Source: an uncultured Candidatus Bathyarchaeia archaeon
Lineage (GTDB): Archaea > Thermoproteota > CALKCG01 > B24 > DRYS01
Assembly: GCA_964491605.1 (NCBI GenBank)
Contig: CAZBGY010000002.1
Coordinates: forward strand, 82,829 to 146,828
Length of the DNA: 64,000 nucleotides
Reading direction: 5' to 3'
The notes beneath the pieces were generated by a model. The model searched no databases. It saw only the letters and a program-made list of their open reading frames with translations, and had not been told where the DNA came from. This document shows, piece by piece, positions 10,191-18,734 of the stretch (the first letter of the stretch is position 1; each line of letters begins with the position of its first letter). A program made the position numbers and the translations under genes.

Positions 10191-11495
10191 TCATCTAGGA
10201 ACTTCGGCGACGATGTTATCTACAAACCAGTCTATCGTCCATAGCTCATCGTGAGTCATCCTACGTCCAGGCTCAACTCTAAGAACTCCTTTATTATCGT
10301 AGATTGGACCTGTGAACGGATCGAATACGACGGTATCCTCAGACATCTGCTTCAATCTTTTCATTACTAAATCATAGATGCTTATCTTACCGAACTCTGG
10401 GTGATCGATAAACTTCTCCTTGAGCATAGGTATGAACTTTGGGTTTATAGGAATCCCGTAATCGCATCCAAGCTCCACAGCTCCCTCCCTAAGCATCCAC
10501 CAGTAATCTACATTCTCTAGATTCTTCGAAGTATAGTATCCAGCTCGTATTTTTGAAAGGATATCTGCGTATATGATCTCCCAGTGTACGAGCTGACCGC
10601 TAACACAAGAATTCTCCCCAAATTTAAGCATAGGACTATAGTGAGCAAACGAATATACGGGCTTACCATACTTAGTCGTATATTCCTCGCAAACCTGAAC
10701 TACCGTAGGAGAATCCTCTGTGAATGCTAATACATCCGCACCCCACGCTATAAGCGCTTCAGCAGCCTCTCTAGCTTTCGATGGATCGTACCATGCAAAT
10801 AGCCATCTAACATCTACAATAGCATTAGGATTAACTTCCTTAACACCTAGAGCGAATGCGTTTATATGACGGACAACCTCAGGTATCGGATGCGCCGCGA
10901 CATACCCAACCTTTCCGGTTTTTGTTAAAGCACCAGCTATAAGTCCATTAAGATAGTATAACTGATAGAATTCTGCGAAGTATGTACCTACGTTCACTCT
11001 TCTCTTATAGCCAGAGCAGTGGAAGAATATCTTATCAGGATACTTCTCACCAGCTTCGTATGTCGCATCCATGAAACCGAAGCTTGTAGTAAATACGACA
11101 TCGCACTTCTCTTCCACTATAAGCCTATCGATGACCCTAGGACAATCAGCTTCAGAAACGCTTTCTACAGGCACTGTCTTAATCCATGGGAATATCTGTT
11201 CTAAGTATCTACGAGCGTCATCGTGAGCACGTGTCCATCCGTAATCGAGAACAGGACCTACATATATAAAGCCGACTTTCAACGGCTTCTTAAGCTCGTT
11301 AAGTTCAGCTAAAACTTTGTTATAATCGCTACTCAACCTATTATACGTTTCGCTCATACTCCTATAATCGGCTTGAAGCCTTTCATACTCTGATAATGGA
11401 ACTACGCCAACCCTACTTCCGACGATATAACCTATGGTGGCACCGACTATGAGGCATACCAGAGCGATAGCTACTGCCTTAATACTAATACTCAT
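10191..11495 (-). CDS. BMP-family substrate-binding protein with N-terminal TM anchor and coiled-coil spacer
   Basis: TM helix, then a ~45 aa heptad-like segment (YERLQADYRSMSETYNRLSSDYNKVLAELNELKK), then a BMP/PnrA-like domain (KVGFIYVGPV..DYGW). Confidence 0.8.
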   Translation of the reverse strand: MSISIKAVAIALVCLIVGATIGYIVGSRVGVVPLSEYERLQADYRSMSETYNRLSSDYNKVLAELNELKKPLKVGFIYVGPVLDYGWTRAHDDARRYLEQIFPWIKTVPVESVSEADCPRVIDRLIVEEKCDVVFTTSFGFMDATYEAGEKYPDKIFFHCSGYKRRVNVGTYFAEFYQLYYLNGLIAGALTKTGKVGYVAAHPIPEVVRHINAFALGVKEVNPNAIVDVRWLFAWYDPSKAREAAEALIAWGADVLAFTEDSPTVVQVCEEYTTKYGKPVYSFAHYSPMLKFGENSCVSGQLVHWEIIYADILSKIRAGYYTSKNLENVDYWWMLREGAVELGCDYGIPINPKFIPMLKEKFIDHPEFGKISIYDLVMKRLKQMSEDTVVFDPFTGPIYDNKGVLRVEPGRRMTHDELWTIDWFVDNIVAEVPR

Positions 11496-11593
11496 ACGTC
11501 TACACCGATTATCATCTTCTACAACATCTTCGATATAAATTCTTTTGCATTAGATATGTATATTTGACATATTTAAATCAAATGAGGGAGGGG

Positions 11594-12247
11594 CTACCAT
11601 CTGTAATTCTTAGAATATATATGGGCGAAGTACAGAGGTTTAGGAAGTACATGCGTACCCATACATCTCACGATAATTCTCAGAGAAGAATCAGGAGAAA
11701 CCATATTGCCGGGTGATATGAAAAGATATTTCGAGCCGTGACGGAGAACATATCCGACATGCTTACCCGAATAGAATACAGGTTTAGCTTCCTCTTCTCT
11801 AGAAGGATTCTCGTATTCGAAACATCTCAGAGGATTTAAAGCTACACCTATAGTAGGGATACTCAATACTACGCCTATATGGGATGCTAATCCACAGAAT
11901 CTAGGGTGGGCTATACCGTGACCATTGCAAAGTAGGATATCGAACCATTCCTTCAATCCTTTAATGGATCTTATCGATAACTGAATCTCCCTGAAACCTA
12001 GGAAGCCAGGATAATATGGTATCGGAGCTCTCCCTATAGCGTAACTTACGTCTAGGATTTTCATATCTGAAGCATTCATCACGACTGCTGCGGCGCAACC
12101 TAGCTCGCTTCTAAAACTCACATCTACACCAGCAATTCGTCTTGGAGGATCATGGAATATATCCGTAAGGATAACCCTGGAAGCTAGTATCTTCTGAACT
12201 CTCTCGAACTTATCCAGGTTTAGATTAGGATACTGGAATCTCGACAT
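11594..12247 (-). CDS. nfi: Endonuclease V
   Basis: Motifs IAGVDVSF, YYPGFLGFRE and NGHGIAHPR..GLASHIGV, typical of EndoV. Confidence 0.8.
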   Translation of the reverse strand: MSRFQYPNLNLDKFERVQKILASRVILTDIFHDPPRRIAGVDVSFRSELGCAAAVVMNASDMKILDVSYAIGRAPIPYYPGFLGFREIQLSIRSIKGLKEWFDILLCNGHGIAHPRFCGLASHIGVVLSIPTIGVALNPLRCFEYENPSREEEAKPVFYSGKHVGYVLRHGSKYLFISPGNMVSPDSSLRIIVRCMGTHVLPKPLYFAHIYSKNYRW

Positions 12248-12902
12248 CTACGATATCGCCATCCTTAAGTTTAAGTTTATCGCGGAGGTTCTCAGCGGAG
12301 ATAACCTCTACTACATCTGCTCCGTAATGTGTTCTCTCAGGGAATACTAAGTATACCTCTTCCCCTCTGATGTACGCTTTATAGCATTTAACATCGCCAT
12401 AACTCCTACTATCATTGCTGAATCCTCTAATAGTAATACCTGGAAGCATAAGTATACTTCTAGCGATTTTTATATCATCCAGACTTTTAAGTTTAAGATT
12501 CAACGTACCTGGGTATGGTATAAAACCCATCTTCTCTAAGAAGAACCTAGAATAAATCCTAACGTAGTATGCCCCCTCACCTAGACCAGAGAATACTATG
12601 CCGCGGAATATTAGCACAGTAGGTTTCTCCAGAATATTCTTAAGTATATTGTATAGGTCTATGATTGGGACGAGACCTTCCATAGTTATCCTAACCCTGC
12701 TTTTCTTAAAGCTTCTATCCCTCTCTACTAGCTTCTCCTCCTCCAATGCCTTTAGAAGCCTAGAAGCGGATTGCTGACTCAATCCTAGGAGAGATCCTAG
12801 CTTCCTCGTAGATATTTCTATGAGTTCTCTATGAGCGCCTAACTCTATAAGCTTGATTAGAGCTAGAAGATGCATAGGTTTCATTCTTTTATTGCTTATC
12901 AT
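12225..12902 (-). CDS. ribK: wHTH-fused CTP-dependent riboflavin kinase (RbkR-type regulator/kinase)
   Basis: N-terminal winged-helix region (LGLSQQSASRLLKALEEEKLV) fused to an archaeal riboflavin kinase domain (GEGAYYV...PYPGTLNL). Confidence 0.7.
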   Translation of the reverse strand: MISNKRMKPMHLLALIKLIELGAHRELIEISTRKLGSLLGLSQQSASRLLKALEEEKLVERDRSFKKSRVRITMEGLVPIIDLYNILKNILEKPTVLIFRGIVFSGLGEGAYYVRIYSRFFLEKMGFIPYPGTLNLKLKSLDDIKIARSILMLPGITIRGFSNDSRSYGDVKCYKAYIRGEEVYLVFPERTHYGADVVEVISAENLRDKLKLKDGDIVDVEIPVS

Positions 12903-13350
12903 ATCGCTTACTACCCCCTGTTAATTCAAGTTTTTCCCTAACATCAGTAGAGCTTGATATAGCTGAAGATTTGAATTTTTCTAGTTTAATAATCTCTACT
13001 TTAATATTTAAATCCTTTATAATTTCTCTAACTTCTTTCTCAACTTCATCCTGATCGTATCCTAGTACGATCACATCAGGTTTACACTCTTCGATCACTC
13101 TTCGAATCGAGGGAGGTTCATAGCCTAGGATGGCTCTATCAACCGATTTCAATTCCTCTACTATAGCACGTCTCTCCTCTTCACACATTATCGGCAACCT
13201 ACCGGTCCTAGCTTTCACAGTAGAGTCCCTAGCAACTACTACTATAAGTTCACCATCACCACCCGCAATCTCCTTAGCTTTTCTTAGAAAATATATGTGT
13301 CCCATATGAATTATATCGAAAACCCCAGATGCTATAACTCTCCTACCCAT
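12889..13350 (-). CDS. ribL: FAD synthase / cytidylyltransferase-family nucleotidyltransferase (RibL-like)
   Basis: GVFDIIHMGHIYFLRKAK (HxGH nucleotidyltransferase motif), 153 aa. Overlaps ribK by 14 nt. Confidence 0.7.
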   Translation of the reverse strand: MGRRVIASGVFDIIHMGHIYFLRKAKEIAGGDGELIVVVARDSTVKARTGRLPIMCEEERRAIVEELKSVDRAILGYEPPSIRRVIEECKPDVIVLGYDQDEVEKEVREIIKDLNIKVEIIKLEKFKSSAISSSTDVREKLELTGGSKRYDKQ

Positions 13351-13359
13351 CTATCCTCT

Positions 13360-13650
13360 TCACCACTCAAATTCAGCTAACTTGAGAAGTCTTAAAGCTT
13401 CCATTATACCTTCTGCATAGCATATAGCTACCAAACTCGAAGCAGTATCACCTCTCTCTAGGAATATACTCGAATCCTCTACATAGTTTTTAATCCAATC
13501 GATCAGCATCTCTACTTCTGATGGGGCGATAGTGACAGGGATTTTAGTAAGTTTAACCTCCGACAATACTCTACGCATACCCTGTATATACCTTAAAGCT
13601 CTCACCTTTAACTCTTCTTCAAGAGATCCTGTGGGGCTCCCGCGAGACAT
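13360..13650 (-). CDS. Small helical protein, possibly DUF357 family
   Basis: 96 aa ORF in the operon. The family assignment is from memory and weak. The 5' end overlaps dphB by 43 nt, so the true start may be internal. Confidence 0.35.
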   Translation of the reverse strand: MSRGSPTGSLEEELKVRALRYIQGMRRVLSEVKLTKIPVTIAPSEVEMLIDWIKNYVEDSSIFLERGDTASSLVAICYAEGIMEALRLLKLAEFEW

Positions 13651-14390
13651 AGTAGTGCTTCAACCTCCATGAAGTGTAATCTGCCGGGTACAATTAAGCT
13701 ATGAGGCGGGCCGCCGAAATCATATTGTTTAATTCTAGATAGCTTATCAGCTTTAACGATAGCATCTACCGATCCAACTCTAGCTACACCTAATACTAAC
13801 CTATCACCATCGAAAACAGCTCTTCTCATTTTGTCCTCCATAGATACAAGGATATCTACAGCTTCGCTTATACTCATCCAATACCCTTTCTCGATATCAA
13901 GATCTAAGAGAATCAATGTATGCAAGCCTCTGCTTAGATTATCTTCCACAACATTATAAACTGTTAAGGAGGGGGGAGTACTTCGAGTCAATGTTACAAC
14001 CCTGCCGAAGTTGTATATCTGTAAACCGGTAGCACTTGAGATAGCGGAGATTATCGAAGCGGAGTTAACAATCCTTACAGGTATGCCTTTCTTACGTGCT
14101 TCGATCACTAGGGATATATGTGTAGTAGCTATAAGCGGATCTCCAGGCGTTAATAATGCTATATCGTATCTGCCAGCTTCCCTGATGATGCGCTCACATT
14201 CATCTTCAAGATCTCTACGTTTAAGGAGTATCACTTCCCTACCGATAACATTTTTGAGTATATCTAAAGTTAAACCGGGTATAATGCTTGTATATAATTC
14301 TACGTATACTTTTTCACAGGATCTAACTTCGATTAAACCTTCAAGTGTTATACCGTATACGTTCAATCCTAATCCTATAAGTTTAAGCAT
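13608..14390 (-). CDS. dphB: Diphthine synthase
   Basis: Tetrapyrrole-methylase fold protein of 260 aa with the typical LKLIGLGL start, TPGDPL.ATTH and a GGPPHSLIVPG C-terminus. Confidence 0.85.
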   Translation of the reverse strand: MLKLIGLGLNVYGITLEGLIEVRSCEKVYVELYTSIIPGLTLDILKNVIGREVILLKRRDLEDECERIIREAGRYDIALLTPGDPLIATTHISLVIEARKKGIPVRIVNSASIISAISSATGLQIYNFGRVVTLTRSTPPSLTVYNVVEDNLSRGLHTLILLDLDIEKGYWMSISEAVDILVSMEDKMRRAVFDGDRLVLGVARVGSVDAIVKADKLSRIKQYDFGGPPHSLIVPGRLHFMEVEALLCLAGAPQDLLKKS

Positions 14391-14392
14391 AG

Positions 14393-15076
14393 TTAAAACG
14401 TCCCCTCGATTTCATTCAAGAATCTATCTAGGAAAATTAGGATGAACCTATGTCTATCTTCAGCTATCCTTTTAGCGGTTTCCGTGTTCATATAATCCTT
14501 TAGCTTAAGAAGCTTCTCGTAAAAATGTGTAAGAGTGGATTTAAGCTTAAATGGATCGTATACATCTGGTTTCTCACCTGGAAGGTACATAGGTAATTTT
14601 CTAAAACCACCATAAGAGAATGCTCTAGCTATACCTATAGCTCCTAATGCATCCAACCTATCGGCATCTTGAAGTATACGAGCTTCAATCGTATGAGGAG
14701 TTATATTCGCTCCAAATCTATGAACTTTTATAGCGTAGATAACTTTTTCGATCATATCATCCGGGATTCCTAGATCTTTAAGTATAGATCTAGATATCTT
14801 AGCTCCTTCCTCTGCATGGTCAATCCCCTCGTAGATCTCTTTGAGTATAGCTATATCGTGAAGTAGAGCCGCTAATAGTAATATATCTAGATCCCCACCT
14901 TCATCCAACGCTATCTTAACAGCTAATCTAGAGACTCTTTCGATATGAAGCCATCCATGACCGGCTGTATCGAGGCCGAGCACATTTTTAACATGCGAAG
15001 CTATCTTGAGGTATATATCTGCAGCTATCTTGAGGCGATCTTTAATCTCGTAAATAATCGACTCTAGGCTAGACAT
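14393..15076 (-). CDS. HD-domain metal-dependent phosphohydrolase
   Basis: H...HD motif (LLHDIA) and a downstream D in a 227 aa HD-superfamily pattern. Confidence 0.75.
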   Translation of the reverse strand: MSSLESIIYEIKDRLKIAADIYLKIASHVKNVLGLDTAGHGWLHIERVSRLAVKIALDEGGDLDILLLAALLHDIAILKEIYEGIDHAEEGAKISRSILKDLGIPDDMIEKVIYAIKVHRFGANITPHTIEARILQDADRLDALGAIGIARAFSYGGFRKLPMYLPGEKPDVYDPFKLKSTLTHFYEKLLKLKDYMNTETAKRIAEDRHRFILIFLDRFLNEIEGTF

Positions 15077-15126
15077 AGTATCTATCTAATAGATATGAGC
15101 TTTTTATCCGATTTTAATCGTTTATA

Positions 15127-15420
15127 CTAAACCTTCTCGGCTTTAAGCTCCTCTTCGGTAGCTCTCCTCTTGATAGCTCTATCGAATAATATCCAGTTTC
15201 TATACCATTCCTCATTCTCCTTCTTCAATAGATCTAGAACCATCCTTGTTAACTCTCTAGCTGAAACTTCTGTTACGCCGCTATCAAGTATCCTACCCTC
15301 TACTATCTTAGCTATCCTCCGAGCAGCATCTATAGATGCACCGGATTTTAAGCAGCTGACAACTATCTTCTCGGGTATAAACTCCTCCCTTCTACCATCT
15401 CTCTTAACTACTATCACCAT
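15127..15420 (-). CDS. Stand-alone ATP-cone domain protein
   Basis: 97 aa. VKRDGRREEF.PEKI is the canonical ATP-cone start. Confidence 0.6.
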   Translation of the reverse strand: MVIVVKRDGRREEFIPEKIVVSCLKSGASIDAARRIAKIVEGRILDSGVTEVSARELTRMVLDLLKKENEEWYRNWILFDRAIKRRATEEELKAEKV

Positions 15421-15479
15421 TCCTCCTCAAAATAGTATAGTTAACACTTTATCTTATATATCTTTCCTAGTACTCTAGC

Positions 15480-15878
15480 TCATTTAGTGAACGGTAAGAT
15501 TTCGAGAAGCTTCTTCAATCCTTCTACATCTTTAATTTCTCTTTTCAATAGATTTCTAAGTTTAGACCAGTATGTTAGATTAACTTTAACTCCGACTGAT
15601 TCAAGTCTATTCATAATTTTATATGCTAACTCTATACCTTGAGGATCAAAATCGGTAAGGACAACTACTTCATCTACATCTTCTAATCTTTCAAGCATGC
15701 TTTCGAAGCTATCACCATTTTTAAGAATCATAATATTAATATTTAAGCCTAAAGCTTTAAGAGCTTCACGATCTCTAACACCTTCCACTATCAAGATCTT
15801 ATCGCTACAATAAGATTCCATATCCTTTAGGATTCTATAAGCTTCCTCGTAGCATTCTATCATAGCTCGGTTCAACAA
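15480..15878 (-). CDS. Small Toprim-domain protein
   Basis: 132 aa. IVEG..D..AL followed by LTDFDPQG (Toprim E...DxD pattern). Confidence 0.55.
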   Translation of the reverse strand: MLNRAMIECYEEAYRILKDMESYCSDKILIVEGVRDREALKALGLNINIMILKNGDSFESMLERLEDVDEVVVLTDFDPQGIELAYKIMNRLESVGVKVNLTYWSKLRNLLKREIKDVEGLKKLLEILPFTK

Positions 15879-15881
15879 TCT

Positions 15882-16958
15882 TCACCTCGTTATAGTCGTA
15901 TCCTCTAAGATCTTAAGTAGCCTGTAAGCATTATTATTTCTATTGAAGTAGTCGTTAATAGGTTTAAGTTTTTCTATTAAAGCTTCTGCTACAGCTTCCT
16001 TCAAATCTAACGGGTGGATCTCACCGTTAACGTATAGAGATTCAAGCTCTGCATAGGATTCAAGCTCTAAACTTGGGGCATTCCTCCTCTCCACTTTAAG
16101 TTTACATCTATTCTTAAAGAGTAGTAGCCTACAAATCTCTGTTATAGGATTGCCTCGAACCTCCCTCGGCGGACAATATGCCTTCCTGATCTTGCTCCTT
16201 ATCGCAGCTTCATCGTCATGAATGAATATACAAGTTTCAGGTTTCGATTTACTCATCTTAACGGAAACCCAATCTTCTTCACTCATACTCGCTACATCCA
16301 TCCTTCCTATACCTGATAGACCTATGAGAAGTGGCGTATGCAAAGCTACAGGTTTCTTGAAACCTATCTTCTCAGCAACCTCTATAGCTAACACATGCGC
16401 TCTCCTCTGATCCATACCACCTAGACATAGGTCTAGATCGAGGTAGAATATATCGGCTACCTGCATGCAGGGATATATAAGCTTCGAGAAATCCATGCTA
16501 GCTTCACTGGATCTCCTACCCATTATAGTTATAGCCCTCTTAACCCTAGCTAAGCTTAGATTCTTAGCAACCTTCAGTACTATAGTCCAGTAATCCGGAT
16601 CCTCAACCATCTTATCTGCCCTAATTAACCTAACTTTACTTATATCCACACCTATAGCCCTAAGACAGTGTTCAATATATTCTGCACATACCCGGATGTT
16701 CTCAAGGTTACCTCCAAGCTTATCGTTTATCCATGCATGCCATGTTGCTTCCAGTAGAACCATATCTATACCTAGATCTACTAGCTCCTTAAACTTCTCA
16801 GCCCATATAAGCCATCCAATCGAGAATAAACCTGAAGGCTCTACACCTATATAGCCTCTAAGCTTTCTTCCCTCCTCTAGCATTGATCTAAGCCTAGATT
16901 CCGTTATAACCTCTTCCAACCCAGTAGTAATTATTCGAAGTTTATCTTCTATATCCAC
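15882..16958 (-). CDS. tyrS: Tyrosyl-tRNA synthetase (archaeal type)
   Basis: Class I aaRS with KMSKS. The blocks YPCMQVADI, GGMDQRR.H and KAYCP...GNPI match archaeal TyrRS rather than TrpRS. Confidence 0.8.
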   Translation of the reverse strand: MDIEDKLRIITTGLEEVITESRLRSMLEEGRKLRGYIGVEPSGLFSIGWLIWAEKFKELVDLGIDMVLLEATWHAWINDKLGGNLENIRVCAEYIEHCLRAIGVDISKVRLIRADKMVEDPDYWTIVLKVAKNLSLARVKRAITIMGRRSSEASMDFSKLIYPCMQVADIFYLDLDLCLGGMDQRRAHVLAIEVAEKIGFKKPVALHTPLLIGLSGIGRMDVASMSEEDWVSVKMSKSKPETCIFIHDDEAAIRSKIRKAYCPPREVRGNPITEICRLLLFKNRCKLKVERRNAPSLELESYAELESLYVNGEIHPLDLKEAVAEALIEKLKPINDYFNRNNNAYRLLKILEDTTITR

Positions 16959-17017
16959 CGCAGCTTCCCTCGAGGATAAACCTTAATTTGTAGATGAGAT
17001 TCTAATAACTTTAACTT

Positions 17018-17120
17018 GGGGCGGCGGATTCAAGCCCCATACGAAGAGTACCGGATGGAGCAGGGTGGAGCACCCGGTCGATGATATCTGGCCGTTAGTG
17101 TATGGGGACACAGCCGCCCC
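17018..17120 (+). ncRNA. Structured GC-rich RNA candidate, H/ACA-box guide-like hairpin inside an outer GC clamp
   Basis: Outer stem GGGGCGGC (17018-25) pairs with GCCGCCCC (17113-20). Inner 8-bp stem CCCCAUAC (17035-42) pairs with GUAUGGGG (17100-07) and is followed immediately by ACA (17108-10). There is a symmetric 8+8 nt internal loop, a 6-bp upper stem CCGGAU/AUCUGG, and a possible K-turn (G58A59 opposite G83A84 with a 3-nt bulge). A TTAATTT TATA-like box lies ~30 nt upstream. Confidence 0.4.
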
Positions 17121-17329
17121 ATCCAGCTATATAGTAGATGCGATACCATTGGAATAGATGTAAATTTAAAGAGCATCAAATAATATTTAGAAAATAATCT
17201 GGTATATCGCTAATATTACACTAAACACTATTATGGATGGGAAATTTAATCCTAGTATTTACTATGATCGAAACAAAATATTTTTTAGCAAGACCTCTAT
17301 CCCATATCTATAACGTACCGGTGTGGAGT

Positions 17330-18463
17330 ATGAGCGAACAAAGCATATCTCTCAAGTATGTAGTCTACGCTAAGTTCGAGGTAGATGGGTTGGTAGAGAG
17401 AGCTGATGTTGTAGGAGCTATTTTCGGTCAAACAGAGGGGCTCTTCGGAGCTGAGCTTGATCTTCGAGAACTTCAGAAGAATGGTAGGATTGGAAGAATA
17501 GAGATTAAGCTTTCGAAGAAACAGAATAAGACAACAGGTGAAATAGTGATACCTACATCGCTTGATAGAGTTTCGGTAGCTCTAATAGCAGCTTCACTTG
17601 AAAGCATAGATAGGGTAGGACCATACAAAGCTGAAGTAAAGTTGGATAGAATAGAAGATGTTAGAGAAGAGAAACGTAGATTTATCGTTAAGAGAGCTAA
17701 GGAGATACTGCAGAATTGGAATATAGATTCGGCTACAACCATAGAAAACATACGTAGAGAACTTGAGAAAATCGCATCGGGTAAGACTGAAATTATGCTG
17801 TTCGGCGAGGAAGGTATACCTATGGGTCCTAGAGCTCTCCAAGATGATACGCTTATACTCGTCGAAGGACGTGCCGATGTAATAAACCTGCTTAGAGCTA
17901 ACGTGGAAAATGTTATATCCATCGAAGGGGTTAAAATACCTGAATCTGTAGCCGAATTAACTAAAAGTAAGAGGGAGGTCACCGTTCTCCTCGACGGCGA
18001 TAGAGCAGGCGACCTAATCCTACAGGAATTACTACAGAAGGATATAAAGATAGATTATGTAGCTAGAGCTCCACCGGGTAAAGAAGTTGAAGACCTAACC
18101 CCGAAGGAGGTCTTAGAGGCATTAGAACGTAGAGTACCTATAGAAGTCTATAGAGGTAGGGTTGAGCTTAACATAGATAGTTTAAAGAAGTTAGCTTCCG
18201 ATATAAAAGATACACTTGAAGGATTACTATTGAACGAGAAGGGTGAGGTGGTGGATAGGGTTTCTGTAAGCCAGTTAGCTGAGAAAATCGAATCCAGTGA
18301 AAATATTAAAGCGGTAGTATTCGATGGAGTAATCTCGCAGAGAATATTGGATTTAGCTCTTAAGAAAGGGATTGATGTAGTAGTCGGCAGGAGATTAGCG
18401 GAAGTCGCTAGAAAACCGCAAAATATTAAGATATATATGTTCGAAGAGCTAGGATTGGCATAG
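17330..18463 (+). CDS. dnaG: Archaeal DnaG primase-like protein (Toprim; exosome-associated)
   Basis: N-terminal KF.VDG.VERADVVGAIFGQTEGL block and a Toprim domain (LVEGRADV...LLDGDRAGD). The ATG at 17330 has an upstream GGTGTGGAG. The track ORF starts at 17237. Confidence 0.85.
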   Translation: MSEQSISLKYVVYAKFEVDGLVERADVVGAIFGQTEGLFGAELDLRELQKNGRIGRIEIKLSKKQNKTTGEIVIPTSLDRVSVALIAASLESIDRVGPYKAEVKLDRIEDVREEKRRFIVKRAKEILQNWNIDSATTIENIRRELEKIASGKTEIMLFGEEGIPMGPRALQDDTLILVEGRADVINLLRANVENVISIEGVKIPESVAELTKSKREVTVLLDGDRAGDLILQELLQKDIKIDYVARAPPGKEVEDLTPKEVLEALERRVPIEVYRGRVELNIDSLKKLASDIKDTLEGLLLNEKGEVVDRVSVSQLAEKIESSENIKAVVFDGVISQRILDLALKKGIDVVVGRRLAEVARKPQNIKIYMFEELGLA

Positions 18464-18734
18464 GATAAACCTATTCAACTAGTAGTTAATGTATCAGGCT
18501 TGACAACTATACTGGAGTAATAGGGAGTAATAGTTTACATCACATCTATTCAATCTATCCTTCAAGTAACCTAAGCCTGACAACTATAGTGCAAACTCAA
18601 CGTAACAAACCTTCATCCATACTTTTCTATAGATCTATGATCAGCTACCCAAATGAATACCTTCAGAAATTCTTAGGAATATTTAATGAATACGTTAGTG
18701 TTATCCTATATACACGCCGACTCCGAGCATTCTA

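Noticed and set aside
17018-17120. tRNA (possibly intron-containing or split), suggested by the 7-8 bp GC acceptor-like stem and a following ..CCA.
   Set aside because: Neither strand gives a T-arm (no GTTCRAAT-like loop closed by a 5-bp stem next to the acceptor) or an anticodon stem. The minus strand gives only a 4-bp D-like stem, with no GG in its loop.
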